Source: Gordius albopunctatus (Eukaryota). Taken from it: DNA of 64,000 bases. Shown in pieces: positions 50,301-62,374 of the stretch. How positions within the stretch are numbered: position 1 is the stretch's first letter; the number at the start of each line of letters is the position of its first letter. Under the pieces are notes generated by a model. That model had not been told where the DNA came from. It saw nothing but the letters and a program-made list of their open reading frames with translations, and searched no databases. Both the position numbers and the translations under genes were made by a program. The stretch is taken from contig OZ193909.1 of NCBI GenBank assembly GCA_964276515.1, positions 4,712,001 through 4,776,000 on the forward strand, in the 5' to 3' direction.

Positions 50301-52032
50301 TATATTCATGCATGTGACGGGGACTTCCCGTATACGTAGCCGGAAGGATGACCATACGACCAATATCGGACGTGTTACCATCCTTCGCAATGGAATCGCG
50401 TAGGTGAATATATTGCTCGGCCCGAAGTAATCCCTGATTAAGGCGGATGTAAAGGAGGCGTTCATTCTCGATCTTGGCATACATGTCGACAACATATTGG
50501 TGAAATAGTTGCCGGCACCGCAAGATGTGGTTAGGTTGGTTTGCGCGTACCATTAGCCGATACGCGTAAAAATTCATCGCCGATACCTAGTAGACAAATA
50601 CACGGATAATATAGGGGCACAAAGAATTAAGTGGTTAATTTGCCCTTGTACTCTAAACGTGGACATGAAACCACCATCATTAATAATACGCTTACCTTTT
50701 TTTGTGTAGGAACTCGCGTAGCGGAATCTAGGCGCATTAGATTTAGGTGGTAGCCATCCTCTCCTTGGAAAAACAATATGGGGTATTGCAGAGCATTGTA
50801 TGATCTGTGCGTAGCATCGATGTTTTTGAGGGTTTCATCTCTTCGGCTTATTATAATATCGCGACGCTCAAATTCGCTTCCAACCATGACGATCGCTACT
50901 TCGTCTATCGTATGCGCGTTAAAGCGTCTTTCATGTTCACTAGGTGGCGTCCTATCAGCCTTGATAACGACCATGTAATCGTCAGTGGGCATACGCTCCA
51001 ACGCAAGTTTGAACAGGGTAACCAGATGATTTTTAGTGTGGAATAACTGCTGCAAGGCGGTGACTATATCACGGTGGATAACGGTATGCATCCCTCACCG
51101 TTGATCAATTTCAGCGTCGCCCATGAAATATATTTGAAGAAAGCCGTGGGCAGCATTAGGTACCGGGAGAAGGGACCCTATTAGGTGGTAAATTTGCCCT
51201 TGTACTCTAAACCTGGGCATAAAACCACCATCATTAATAATGCGCGGTGCTTCAAACGATGTCATTTGCTTTCAAGCGTTGTATTGGCGAATGTGTTCGA
51301 GAAAGTGTTTGGACACAGGAGTAGCTCCAGAAACATAACTTAATAGCGGTTCCGGTGGCTCTTCCAGAGGTAGTAAATTGACCTTCCCATTCAAACAACA
51401 CATTCAACCCGGTTCTGTGCGGAACCGTAGAGCCTGACAATGTACACAAAGTGTATCCATTCTGCCAATTGTGACGGAGGGATGAAGTCTGTAATCATAC
51501 GCCGAATCATATGCGAAAGCGGCTAAGGTTAAATTGTGTCCCGAGCTATTTCGTGTAAGCCTGTCTCGGTTCTGAAGGTCGGCCACCCGATCTTTGCGCT
51601 TTTCGCCAGTTTCAGCTGCTCTCGACGTGGAGGCTCGGTTCTAAAGGTCGGCTAGCCGGGCGTTGCGCTTTTCGCCAGTTTTAGCTGCTCTAGGCGTGGA
51701 GGCTCGGTTCCGAAGGTCGGCTAGCCGGGCGTTGCGCTTTCCGACAGTTTCAGCTGCTCTCGACGTGGAGACTCGGTTCCAAAGGTCGGCCAGCCGGGCG
51801 TTGCGCTTTCCGGCAGTTTCAGCTGATCTCGACATGGACACTCGGTTCCGAAGGGCGGCCAGCCGGGCGTTGCGCTTTCCGGCAGTTTCAGCTTCTATCG
51901 ACGTGGAGGCTCGGTTCCGAAGGGCGGCAAGCCGGCGATGCGCTTTCCGGCAGTTTCAGCTGCTCTGATCTTCTTTGCGGTTTTTGTAGTACGTAGAATT
52001 CTTTTTGTTAAAGTTTTTTTCCCTCGAGGCAT
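47340..52032 (-). pseudogene. Helitron RepHel transposase (HUH Rep + PIF1-like helicase), frameshifted
   Basis: Rep motifs FITFTCNPAW, YSIEWQKRGLPHAH and (H)ICKYVNKG; helicase motifs APGGTGKT, VASSGIAA, GDFRQTLPV, FAMTINKAQGQSL and FSHGQLY. Probable ATG at 52032 (MPRGK). GT-AG intron at 50695-50587. Confidence 0.95.
51565..51967 (-). repeat. 69-bp (23-aa) coding tandem repeat, about 6 copies, in the RepHel N-terminus
   Basis: CTCGGTTC recurs at 51565, 51634, 51703, 51772, 51841 and 51910; unit SRAAETxGKRNARLADLRNRAST. Confidence 0.92.
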
Positions 52033-52762
52033 ATGAGGCTGTTGGTTATAATAGGAAGAGCAAAAGTAAAATAAAAATATTTTAGCATTTGGGGGGGGGG
52101 GTGTGCTTAAAACAAAACAGTATTAAAGTATGTACCCGATTTTAGGACTTAGAACCATTGTAACGACAAAATTAGTTAAGTAAGTTGTTAAACTAAGCTA
52201 CCATAGAAATGTTTATATTCAAATGGGTATCTTACCGTTGTATTACATGTCAAAGCTTCCACAAAATAGCATTAACATGTTGATGAGATGGCGAATGTCA
52301 GTAAGAAATGAAGGTCGATTCGATATAAGCGTGTTTCTACTTCTCATTATGGTGAAAGGAAACAAAAGATTTTAAAGTAAATTTGTAACGATATACATTT
52401 AGAACCCTACTAAAAATAATGATGCTTACTTAATTAACAATACAACATAATTTCTTTAATTCTTGCCCTTTAAATTATCACATAAAATTTCACAATATAA
52501 ATAAGAAATAAATAAGTCAGACAAATTATCATAAGTGAATTGGTTTGTCTTATTATATATACACTAAAAATAGTGGGTTCATAAAATCCATGACGTGATA
52601 AAATTCGTGCCCCATTTCAATATATAAAATGTATAAGTCTAATATTTATTTTTAATAATATTAAATTAATCCTATAAATAAATAATAAATATTTCTACTT
52701 ATATTCTAACTTTCCTGACGTCATTATTGTATATGATGCTATAAATGAAACTGGCCGGGAAA

Positions 52763-54024
52763 ATACATACATACATACATACATACATACATACATACAT
52801 ACATACATACATACATACATACATACATACATACATACATACATACATACATACATACATACATACATACATACATACATACATACATACATACATACAT
52901 ACATACATACATACATACATACATACATACATACATACATACATACATACATACATACATACATACATACATACATACATACATACATACATACATACAT
53001 ACATACATACATACATACATACATACATACATACATACATACATACATACATACATACATACATACATACATACATACATACATACATACATACATACAT
53101 ACATACATACATACATACATACATACATACATACATACATACATACATACATACATACATACATACATACATACATACATACATACATACATACATACAT
53201 ACATACATACATACATACATACATACATACATACATACATACATACATACATACATACATACATACATACATACATACATACATACATACATACATACAT
53301 ACATACATACATACATACATACATACATACATACATACATACATACATACATACATACATACATACATACATACATACATACATACATACATACATACAT
53401 ACATACATACATACATACATACATACATACATACATACATACATACATACATACATACATACATACATACATACATACATACATACATACATACATACAT
53501 ACATACATACATACATACATACATACATACATACATACATACATACATACATACATACATACATACATACATACATACATACATACATACATACATACAT
53601 ACATACATACATACATACATACATACATACATACATACATACATACATACATACATACATACATACATACATACATACATACATACATACATACATACAT
53701 ACATACATACATACATACATACATACATACATACATACATACATACATACATACATACATACATACATACATACATACATACATACATACATACATACAT
53801 ACATACATACATACATACATACATACATACATACATACATACATACATACATACATACATACATACATACATACATACATACATACATACATACATACAT
53901 ACATACATACATACATACATACATACATACATACATACATACATACATACATACATACATACATACATACATACATACATACATACATACATACATACAT
54001 ACATACATACATACATACATACAT
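52763..54024. repeat. (TACA)n microsatellite, about 315 units, at the Helitron 5' end
   Basis: Directly visible; it ends 17 bp from the Helitron TC terminus. Confidence 0.99.
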
Positions 54025-54199
54025 CAATTTCCAATAATAGATTTATTTGCATCGAGTAGCTTTAGGCACATTTTTAGCCTCAAAAATATTAGTGATAGTT
54101 ATTATTTATATTGAAATATTATCACCTTGTTTAAAATTAGGTATTCCCACAGTCTCCATTTTCAGAATAGGTTTTTTCTCGACCGAATATACTAATTCA

Positions 54200-55105
54200 C
54201 ATATGTTTTAAATCAAAAACCAATTATATATTTTAATCCACATGGTATATATAAAACTGATATTACAAATTAGGCTATATATTACATTTCTCCCTATTCT
54301 AAATGTGAAATTCATCGTAGAACCGTGCAGGTGGTTTTGACATTCTAGTCGATCGTCTTAACGTAATCGGACTTGCAGCTTTTTTAACATTCGTTTCCAG
54401 ACTAATATCGTTAGTTTCGACAAACTGGGATTGCATCCTAAATTTTAACTGATCCGCGTGTTTCCTTTTAATTCTTTTATCAGTGCGAACATTATATGAA
54501 TATGGGCCTTTACGTTGTATGATAAATCCTTTGTACCAGCCCACTTTAATTTCATTCCGAATCCATACTGGATCTCCAACATTAAATTCCCTATAACACG
54601 CTTTTCGGTCATGATAGCTCTTTTGTTTAGCTAATCTCTCCTTCCACTTTTCTTTCGGATCTGGTGGAATAAGGTCCAACGCTGTCCTTACTCTTCTTCC
54701 CAACAACAATTCCGCCGGAGCTTTACCAATGGTTGCCTGAGGTGTATTCCTGTATGTCATAATTATTTGTTGAAGGCATAATTCTTTCCCTCCCCCTGAT
54801 TTTCTTGCTGCCCAGTATCTTGATTTTAGCTTCTCTCAGCTAATCCATTTGTTTTGGGGTGGTAGGTAGTTGATATTACGTGCTTAATGTTGTTGCTGTC
54901 ACAAAATTTTGTGAATTATTCAACGACAAATTGTGGTCCATTATCTGATACTATTTGCAAGGGAATACCGAACCTGCAAAACCAATTTCGTAATTGCCTC
55001 ACAATCTGTGGTCCTTTAATCGACGATAGTGTGGCTACCTCCACACATTTCGATAATGCATCAATTAAAATCAATCAATAATTTCCTTCGTCACGTCCGG
55101 CAATA
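54200..55105 (-). mobile_element. Ty3/Gypsy integrase 3' fragment with PPT and start of the 3' LTR
   Basis: RFGIPLQIVSDNGPQF, YHPKTNGLAE and YRNTPQATIGKAPAELLLGR; purine tract AATAGGGAGAAA followed by TGTAAT at about 54285. The left boundary is approximate. Confidence 0.85.
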
Positions 55106-55149
55106 TCTATGTGGACTCGATCCCAAGGACGTTCAGGTACGGTGAATTA

Positions 55150-55945
55150 GTATACCGTTCGAATCCTTCTTTTGTTTTGCCTACGTGACCATTCATATCC
55201 GCTCCAATTATAACTATCTCAGCTCTGGGTATCATTCGCAGCGTTAGGGTTCGAAAGTCCTCCTTTTCTTCATCTGTGCATCCTGTTTGCGGAGCATATC
55301 CGGAAACTAAATTAGTCATTTGACCTTCTATGCATAGTTTCAACTTCATGAGTCGCCTACTTTTTTTTGTACCTCAATGACTTTATCTTGCTGATGGGAA
55401 GCTAATATGATTGCCACTCCATTTTTATTCGTTTCTAGGCCATTGAAGTAAAGTTTATAGCCTTCATAAATCATCCTTGCTTTTGCACCTTTTCACCTTG
55501 TTTCCTGTATACCCGCTATATTGACCCGTCGCTTGCTGAGGGTGTCAGCAACTTCTCGGCATTTCGCAGTCATTGTTCCAACATTTAGCGAGCCCAATCT
55601 CAATCTCGTGCTTAGCAAACTAGTTTCTTCGACTGCATCCGTTTGCAGAAGATGTAGTGACCCTCGTTGACTTTTCACATGATACGGGCGCCTACCATGC
55701 GCGTCGTTTACGGAGGACGCCCTAGCGCTTTCATTACTTTAATTATTACGAACTTTCATAGTATACATTTTGGTTTATATGGAATGAGGGAGTATTGATA
55801 TCCCGGACTTCCAAGCCTGACGGAACTATGTTAGATTTTGGCGCTTGACTACCTATTATTCTTTATTATGCCGTCATTTGGGTGAATTAAACTTTTCTTT
55901 AGACCACTCGTATTAATAGGCTGAATCTAGCACTTCCATTTCACT
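55150..55945 (-). mobile_element. RTE LINE 5' fragment (5'UTR + APE N-terminus)
   Basis: GSLNVGTM, IQETR, GYAPQTG and IIGADMNGHVG; the coding part matches 23450-24060. Confidence 0.88.
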
Positions 55946-56139
55946 ATTTTGTTAGTACAATATCTATCAAAAGATAGTATAATACCAATGGCGTAGCTAA
56001 GGTGTTCCAGAGAAGTTTTAAAATTAAGATGGATGCCTTTTTTCATAATAAAATATTAAACAATTTTCGGGTAATCTTGTCACTTAAAATCCATTACCAA
56101 CCATTCAATATTAACTTGCTTTATAATGGTTAATTGATT

Positions 56140-57277
56140 CCTTCCACAAGGTGGCCGGGACGATTGTAACGGTGGAGCCCGTGTCCATAAGAAAAGTTAT
56201 CAAGGTGTTATTACCGGTGGCCTTGGTATTCGCTCCCCATCTGCGATTTCCCTAGCCGCCTTTATTTCTTCCTCTCTATCTTTTAAACATCATATCAACG
56301 ACCTTGTCCCATTCCCACTTAATCCCTCCATAAATCAAGCCCTATCTTTATGGAATGAGAACGTCAATGTAGGAGCTAATATACCACAATCATACGCTCA
56401 AAAAGATTTGGATGCATTGGTGTCGCGGTCCGTTGCTTACCTTCTCTCGACATGCGATGCCAAACAGCATTGCAAACTTAGGTCATTGGCTTTCGACCAA
56501 TCCGGACATGAATGGCTTGAAGCTTACCCTAGTAAGTTTTCGGGTATGTTTTTGGAGAATCCTACCCTCTCCTACAATATAGCCCTCCGCTTGGGCTGTA
56601 AATACACGTCCTCATACCCCTGCCGGCTTTGTAATTCACTTGTAGATGAGGAAGCACGTCACCCTCTGCATTGTAAATTTAACAAAAGCCGGTATGGTAG
56701 GCACCAAAAAATAAATACACTGCTTCAAGCTGCCCTCAAACGGGCAAAAGTCCCTTCGATCCTTGAACCTTCAGATCCCTCTCTCGAAGGGCGGATGCGC
56801 CCGGACGGTTCGTCCCTTATCCCATGGGACAAAGGCCTTTTCCTAAAATGGGACTACACCTGTATAGACCTTTTTGCCCCCTCCAACGATACTCACGACC
56901 CCCTTGGATCGGCAGAGCATCGGAAATCCTTAAAATATTCAGCTTTATCCCAAACCTCGATTTTTATTCCTATCGTCTCATCGTGCTCAGGGACATTTGG
57001 GAAGAGCGCTTTAATTTTTTTTTAAAGAACTCAATAAACGCTCGCCCCCTTGTAAAATATCGAATAGTTTTTTACTACGACAATCAATTGGCATCGCGAT
57101 CGCTAAATCTAATTTTTATTCTTTGATGGATTCAATGCCCATTCACAAAGATGAAGAAACGGATATTGAGTTTTAATCATTTTTTATATAAATGTTTTCG
57201 TTCTTGTATCTTTTTATTAATTCCACTCAATATTTAATACTTTTTATTTAATAAAGCATGTCAATTTAAAAAAAAAA
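56140..57277 (+). mobile_element. 5'-truncated non-LTR retrotransposon with restriction-like endonuclease (CRE-like)
   Basis: GGLGIR at about 56216, WL..P..ALRLG, a CxxC..HxxxC knuckle, RH, RPDG..IPW..G...WDYTC (PD..D RLE core), AATAAA and a poly(A) tail at 57268-57277. Confidence 0.85.
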
Positions 57278-58169
57278 TCAATAATCAAAATATCTAATGC
57301 ATGGCCGAACCTGGTCATACTCGGGCCCGTCCTCGTCGCTTCGAACGCAAATGCCTCGTCCACTGGCTGGTGCATTGTCCTTAGGCCTTCGCCGATTGCC
57401 TCCCGACCTAGGGCGATCTTCACGGCCTTGTCTCATTTGAGATCCCTCTTGGCCATAAACGAAGCCTACACCGTCGGTTCGTGGAGTCCTAGAATCAGCT
57501 GATCGAGCATCCTGGCCGATAATGCCCCAGGATAAAACCGCAGTCTTTTGAGGCCTGCTTGAGCCTGCGTATGAACTGCATCACCTCCCCTCTGCATTTG
57601 TCAAATATTTCCAAAAATGAATCTTTGCACAAGAGGGCAGGTCTGCCCCTTAAACACCTTCTTCGCTTTCCTGGTCGCTTCCTCGAACGTCCATTCGGTA
57701 GGGTTATCCGCGTACGCGTCGTCCGCGATAACCTTAAACGCCTCCGCCGATAAAAAAACTTAGCAACCTGTACGTTTTCTGGGTATCAGATAACGTCCCT
57801 GACTGTGCCTTGATGTTGGCCTCGAAGTGAATAAGAAATGTTTCAATAGAATCTCCTAATCTGAATAATTCCATGTCGTTTCTAACGATTCATGCACCAA
57901 ACCAATGTTAAAGCTAATAGGATATAATTACGTTACAAGTAACATGCGCGAGAAGAGAACAAACGCGATCGAATAAACGATAATAAGAAAAACGCGAGAG
58001 GAAAGAACCAAAATATATAATCACATGCTGTATCCTTTTTACACCATAGGCACCATAGAACTTTAGCGTACATTATACATCGTCAGTTATCCTCTACAGA
58101 TAGATAGCAGAAAAGTGATGAAAAAGTAAGTGGATAATGAAACCAATGCTTCGCCTAAAAAATAAATAG
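57275..58169 (-). repeat. Inverted duplicate of 62304-63201 (flank + Gypsy LTR + gag fragment)
   Basis: Near-identical reverse complement that includes the non-element flank and the AT-rich junction sequence. Confidence 0.92.
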
Positions 58170-58655
58170 CAAACTAGTTTCTTCGACTGCATCCGTTTGC
58201 AGAAGATGTAGTGACCCTCGTTGACTTTTCACATGATACGGGCCCTACAATGCGCCTCGTTTACGGAGGACGACCTAGCGCTTTCATTACTTTCATTATT
58301 ACGAACTTTCATAGTATAAATTTTGGTTTATATGGAATGAGGGAGTATTGATATCCCGGCCTTCCAAGCCTGACGGAACTATGTTAGATTTTGGCGCTTG
58401 ACTACCTACTATTCTTTATGGTGCCGTCATTATGGTGAATTAAAGTTTTCCTTAGACCACTCGTATTTATAGGCTTAATCTAGCACTTCTATTTCACTCG
58501 TACTCCCTCAAAAATCCCAGATATTTTAGTCTGACCCTTCACCAAGAACCTTGTCAATAGGGTGACTCCACCAGTAACAAACACAAAAATTGTGTTTGGC
58601 TACCAAAGGTATAGCTTCTTGTATCACGAGAGTACACAAGGTCAACTACCTCTGC
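58167..58655 (-). mobile_element. RTE 5'UTR and start fragment
   Basis: 58167-58498 is a direct repeat of 55613-55945, and 58312-58650 is the reverse complement of about 27055-27393. Confidence 0.85.
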
Positions 58656-58674
58656 AAGGTATTTCTGGCTCGGT

Positions 58675-59644
58675 TGAGCAATAAAAGATATGTACAAGGA
58701 AATAAAACGTACGTTAGAACATCGGTGGGGACTACAAAGGGCTTTGCCATTAACACTGGAGTCCATCAAGGTTTAGCTATTAGTCCCTTCCTATTTATAA
58801 TGATAATATATAATATTACCAAGGATTTTGGCGAGGAAGCTCCTTGGGCAATGATCTTTGCAGACGATATAATCCTCTCCTATGTGCCAAAAGTTAACAA
58901 GAATTGGCTAATACTGTAAATAGATGGGTAAATGCAATAGAAGAAAGAAAACAGAATATATGAAGACAAAGTTTAAATCGGATGAAAACCAAAAAAGCGC
59001 ATCCCTTACTTTAGGCGATTGGCAACTTACAAGCGTGGATTCCTTCAAATATTTAGGACCAACATTTCAATCGGATGGTGGAATGGATCAAAAAATCCAA
59101 GCAAGGATAAATTCCGGACGGCTCAAGTGGAGGGACTTGACAGGTGTTCTATGTGACAAAAACATCCCGAGAAGACTAAAAGGCGCACTGTATAAATCCA
59201 TCATACAGCCAAAAGTCCTGTATAGCTCGGAATCATGGGCTATACGTAAAAGAAAAGAGCAACGTCTTGCGGCCATGGAGATGAGAATGCTAAGATGGTG
59301 TGCTATGAGTAAGTAAAAAGGATCATAGGCGAATCGAAGAAATAAGAATAATTTTGGGTACTACATCAATTGCGGCAAACCTCCTATCAAATAGACTTAG
59401 ATGGTATTGCCATGTCGAAAGAAGGGACGATAGCTACGTAGGAAAGAAAATCGAGATGATAAATTTCGCAGGAAAACGAAGGAGAGGAAGACCCAAGCTT
59501 ACCTGGATTCATAAAATACGGCATGATATGAAAGTCCACAAGATAAAAAATATCTATGTAAAAATAGAAACAAATGGAAACGAATGCTGAAAGGACTGAC
59601 CACCAGCCTAGGTGACAAGCAGTCATTGAAAGAAGAAGAAGAAG
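58675..59644 (+). mobile_element. RTE LINE 3' portion with (GAA)n tail
   Basis: Close nucleotide match to 28704-29541; FADD, KRRRGRPKLTW and a GAAGAAGAAGAAG end. Confidence 0.92.
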
Positions 59645-60362
59645 TATATATGATAGGATATATTACCAAAAAATAATATTTAATTTGATAGTCAATGCTT
59701 AATTAGGTTTAGATATGCATATGTTTTATCTATATATACACAGGTAATAACTTAAAACATAAAGCCATAATATTTATAACAATTGAAATATAAAAGAAAT
59801 TGATTACTTAATTAAACATAATCGCTTAATCACTCACTTCCTAGCAATGGGGCGGTCTAATATTTTTACGTGAAAAAAATTTTCAACCAAGTTGTTTTTT
59901 CACAGCAATTTTCACAATCATATTCAGAAATTTTACAATGCATTTGGTCGAAAATTAAATTCGCATAATTTAATGTATATATCATGTTTCCAGGCTTTTA
60001 TAAGTGTCTCAAAATCTTTTATGCAACTAAACTATAATATTTTAACCCATTAAATCTAATTATTCATCAAAAAAATTTCAAATTTTGGTCGAGGGGAAGG
60101 AAAAGTCCCGCTTTCCGCCCCCTTGGCGCGCCTGCTCTATTGTCAATGAAATTAGTCAGAGAGAAATATCTTTAAATTGTCTAAGCCATAATTACACGTG
60201 TTATTTCTATACTAAAACCAACCTTTTTAAATAAGCTTTTATGTAAGATCTTTAAGTTTTATAAATTAAGTTATAAAATTTATCTTTTGACTAGCACAGT
60301 CATTTTTGCAATCTTCGAATTTATTTAAACGGATATATTTAAGTAAATTAATATTAGGTTAC

Positions 60363-60495
60363 CATGGGCGTAGCCAGAGGGCGGCAGAAAGGGGCAGCTT
60401 CCCCTCTCTAAATCCTAAAAATATTATCAAATTATGGCTAACCCTTCCTAAATCATTAATTCTCCCCTCCAATTCCAATCCTGGCTACGCCCAGG
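60363..60495. mobile_element. hAT-type MITE
   Basis: TIRs CATGGGCGTAGCCAG..CTGGCTACGCCCAGG and TSD TAGGTTAC/TAGGTAAC. Confidence 0.85.
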
Positions 60496-60630
60496 TAGGT
60501 AACTTATATTCAATAAAAGTCAACAAATGTATTTTATTTCAAAGATAAGTGCCATATAAGAGCATAATTTTTTGTTTATCAAGAATTTGATCCTTTTTAC
60601 AAAAGTCACAACGATACCTCTAACTTTGCT

Positions 60631-60720
60631 TTAAAAGATTTGTTTATTAAGTACAATACTCCAATCCCCTCATCTGCCCCTGTAGAGCGGGTTTTTAGTA
60701 TGGCTAATGCTGTATTAGCG
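60631..60720 (+). pseudogene. hAT transposase C-terminal dimerization-domain remnant
   Basis: Translates as LKDLFIKYNTPIPSSAPVERVFSMANAVLA, matching the S..VER.FS motif. Confidence 0.75.
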
Positions 60721-60920
60721 TTCCTACTTATCCGAGGAAAATTTTTAAAAACAATTATAATTAAAAATTAATGAGAAAGATTTTTTATAAATAAAAAATT
60801 ATTATATTCGCTCTATTATATTATATTGTATTTATAATTTTATTATCAAAATAAAACTATTATTTTTTATCATGGCTAATATATTGTGTTTAAAAATATA
60901 AGACATTTATTTATATAAAA

Positions 60921-61809
60921 CTAGATGAACCCGGCACACGTTGTTTTGCCATTTACCCGGGTGTATCAAATTATGTTGGAATTTTAGGGCATATATGATG
61001 ATAAAGCGGTTATGGAAGTAAAAATAAAGTTTGATGTCTATATGCTCTACTTCTATGCAGTTTTAATTCATAATGGTTAATTACTTCTGATAAAAGAGAT
61101 GTATCACAAAAAAGGGCGATTAGATTTTTGCCAAAATAACCGATGTAAATCTCACTGAAACTCTATTAATTTTATACTAACCTTAAAACTTCTTTAAAAA
61201 AAATATAAATAGAATTTCAAGGGTGTAGCCATAATCTAAAATAATTATAAGTAGAACTAAACAATTAAACATGCAATAATATTAAGACTTCATCTTTGGA
61301 ACTACAAAATACATTAAAAATCTATTAATTGCTCTGAAATTGATTCTGTTATCAATCTTTCTAGAAAGTAGGCATTTTTTTAAGAGGGAAGGAAATTGTT
61401 TTCTCAATCATAATTATTTTTAAAAAAATTTCATTTCTACAACTCTAATTTTTATTTTAAAAACACTTAACACATAGTTAAAAAAAAAGTACGCGCGAAA
61501 AGTGCACAATGAGTTGTATCTTATTTTGTTCGCTTTTTGCCGCGTGCGAAAATAATCGACTGTATATTCAAATTTTCAAATAACACGATGAGGTTGCGTT
61601 TGATTGACATTTTATTAAACGTCAAAACGTATAAAACAAACTCAAAAACTACTGGACCGATTTGGCTCTAACAAATCTTAAAACATGCTCCGGAGTGTCA
61701 GGAATAAACTGTGAAATTTTGAGGCAAATCGGTCTGGTAGTTTTCCAAAATTGGTGGCGGCATACACACACACATACACACATACATAGTTTCATTTTTA
61801 TATATAAGA
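60921..61809 (-). mobile_element. Non-autonomous Helitron (family of 8541-9692)
   Basis: On the minus strand A|TCTTATATATAAAAATGAAACTATG..hairpin..CTAG|T; the interior differs from the other copies. Confidence 0.9.
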
Positions 61810-62374
61810 TTAAATTTAAAAAAATTTATCAAAAAATTTTGAACGTACGTGAACGCGTTCGATTTTTAAAAAAATGTTTACAGCACTACTAAATTGAAAT
61901 CATTATTTTATACGAAGTATAGAAGAAATTAGGTTAGAGTCTTAACACACAAAGAGCCATGGCGTAGTTCGAAGTACTGAGTTTCGATTCAAAGATACAA
62001 TTTTTATTACTATATACTAAATCAATTAACCATTATAAAGCAAGTTAATTATTGAATGGTTGGTAATGGATTTTAAGTGACAAGATTACCCAAAAAATTT
62101 TATTATGAAAAAAGACATCCATCTTAATTTTAAAACTTCTCTGGAACACCTTAGCTACGCCATTGGTATTATACTATCTTTTGATAGATATTGTACTAAC
62201 AAAATAGTGAAACGGAAGTGCTAGACTCGATTGAGAAAGCGTCGATCAAATAGTTTTAAAAATTGTCGTTTTAATACTTTTATAACCATAATTAAATACA
62301 ATACTATTTATTTTTTAGGCGAAGCATTGGTTTCATTGTCCACTTACTTTTTCATCACTTTTCTGCTATCTATC

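Larger units (their letters stand above)
45899..54041 (-). mobile_element. Full-length decayed autonomous Helitron
   Basis: On the minus strand: A|TCTATTATTGG 5' end at 54041, then (ATGT)n, the RepHel coding region, a 3' hairpin GCCAAAGC..GCTTGGC, and CTAG|T at 45899. Confidence 0.88.
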
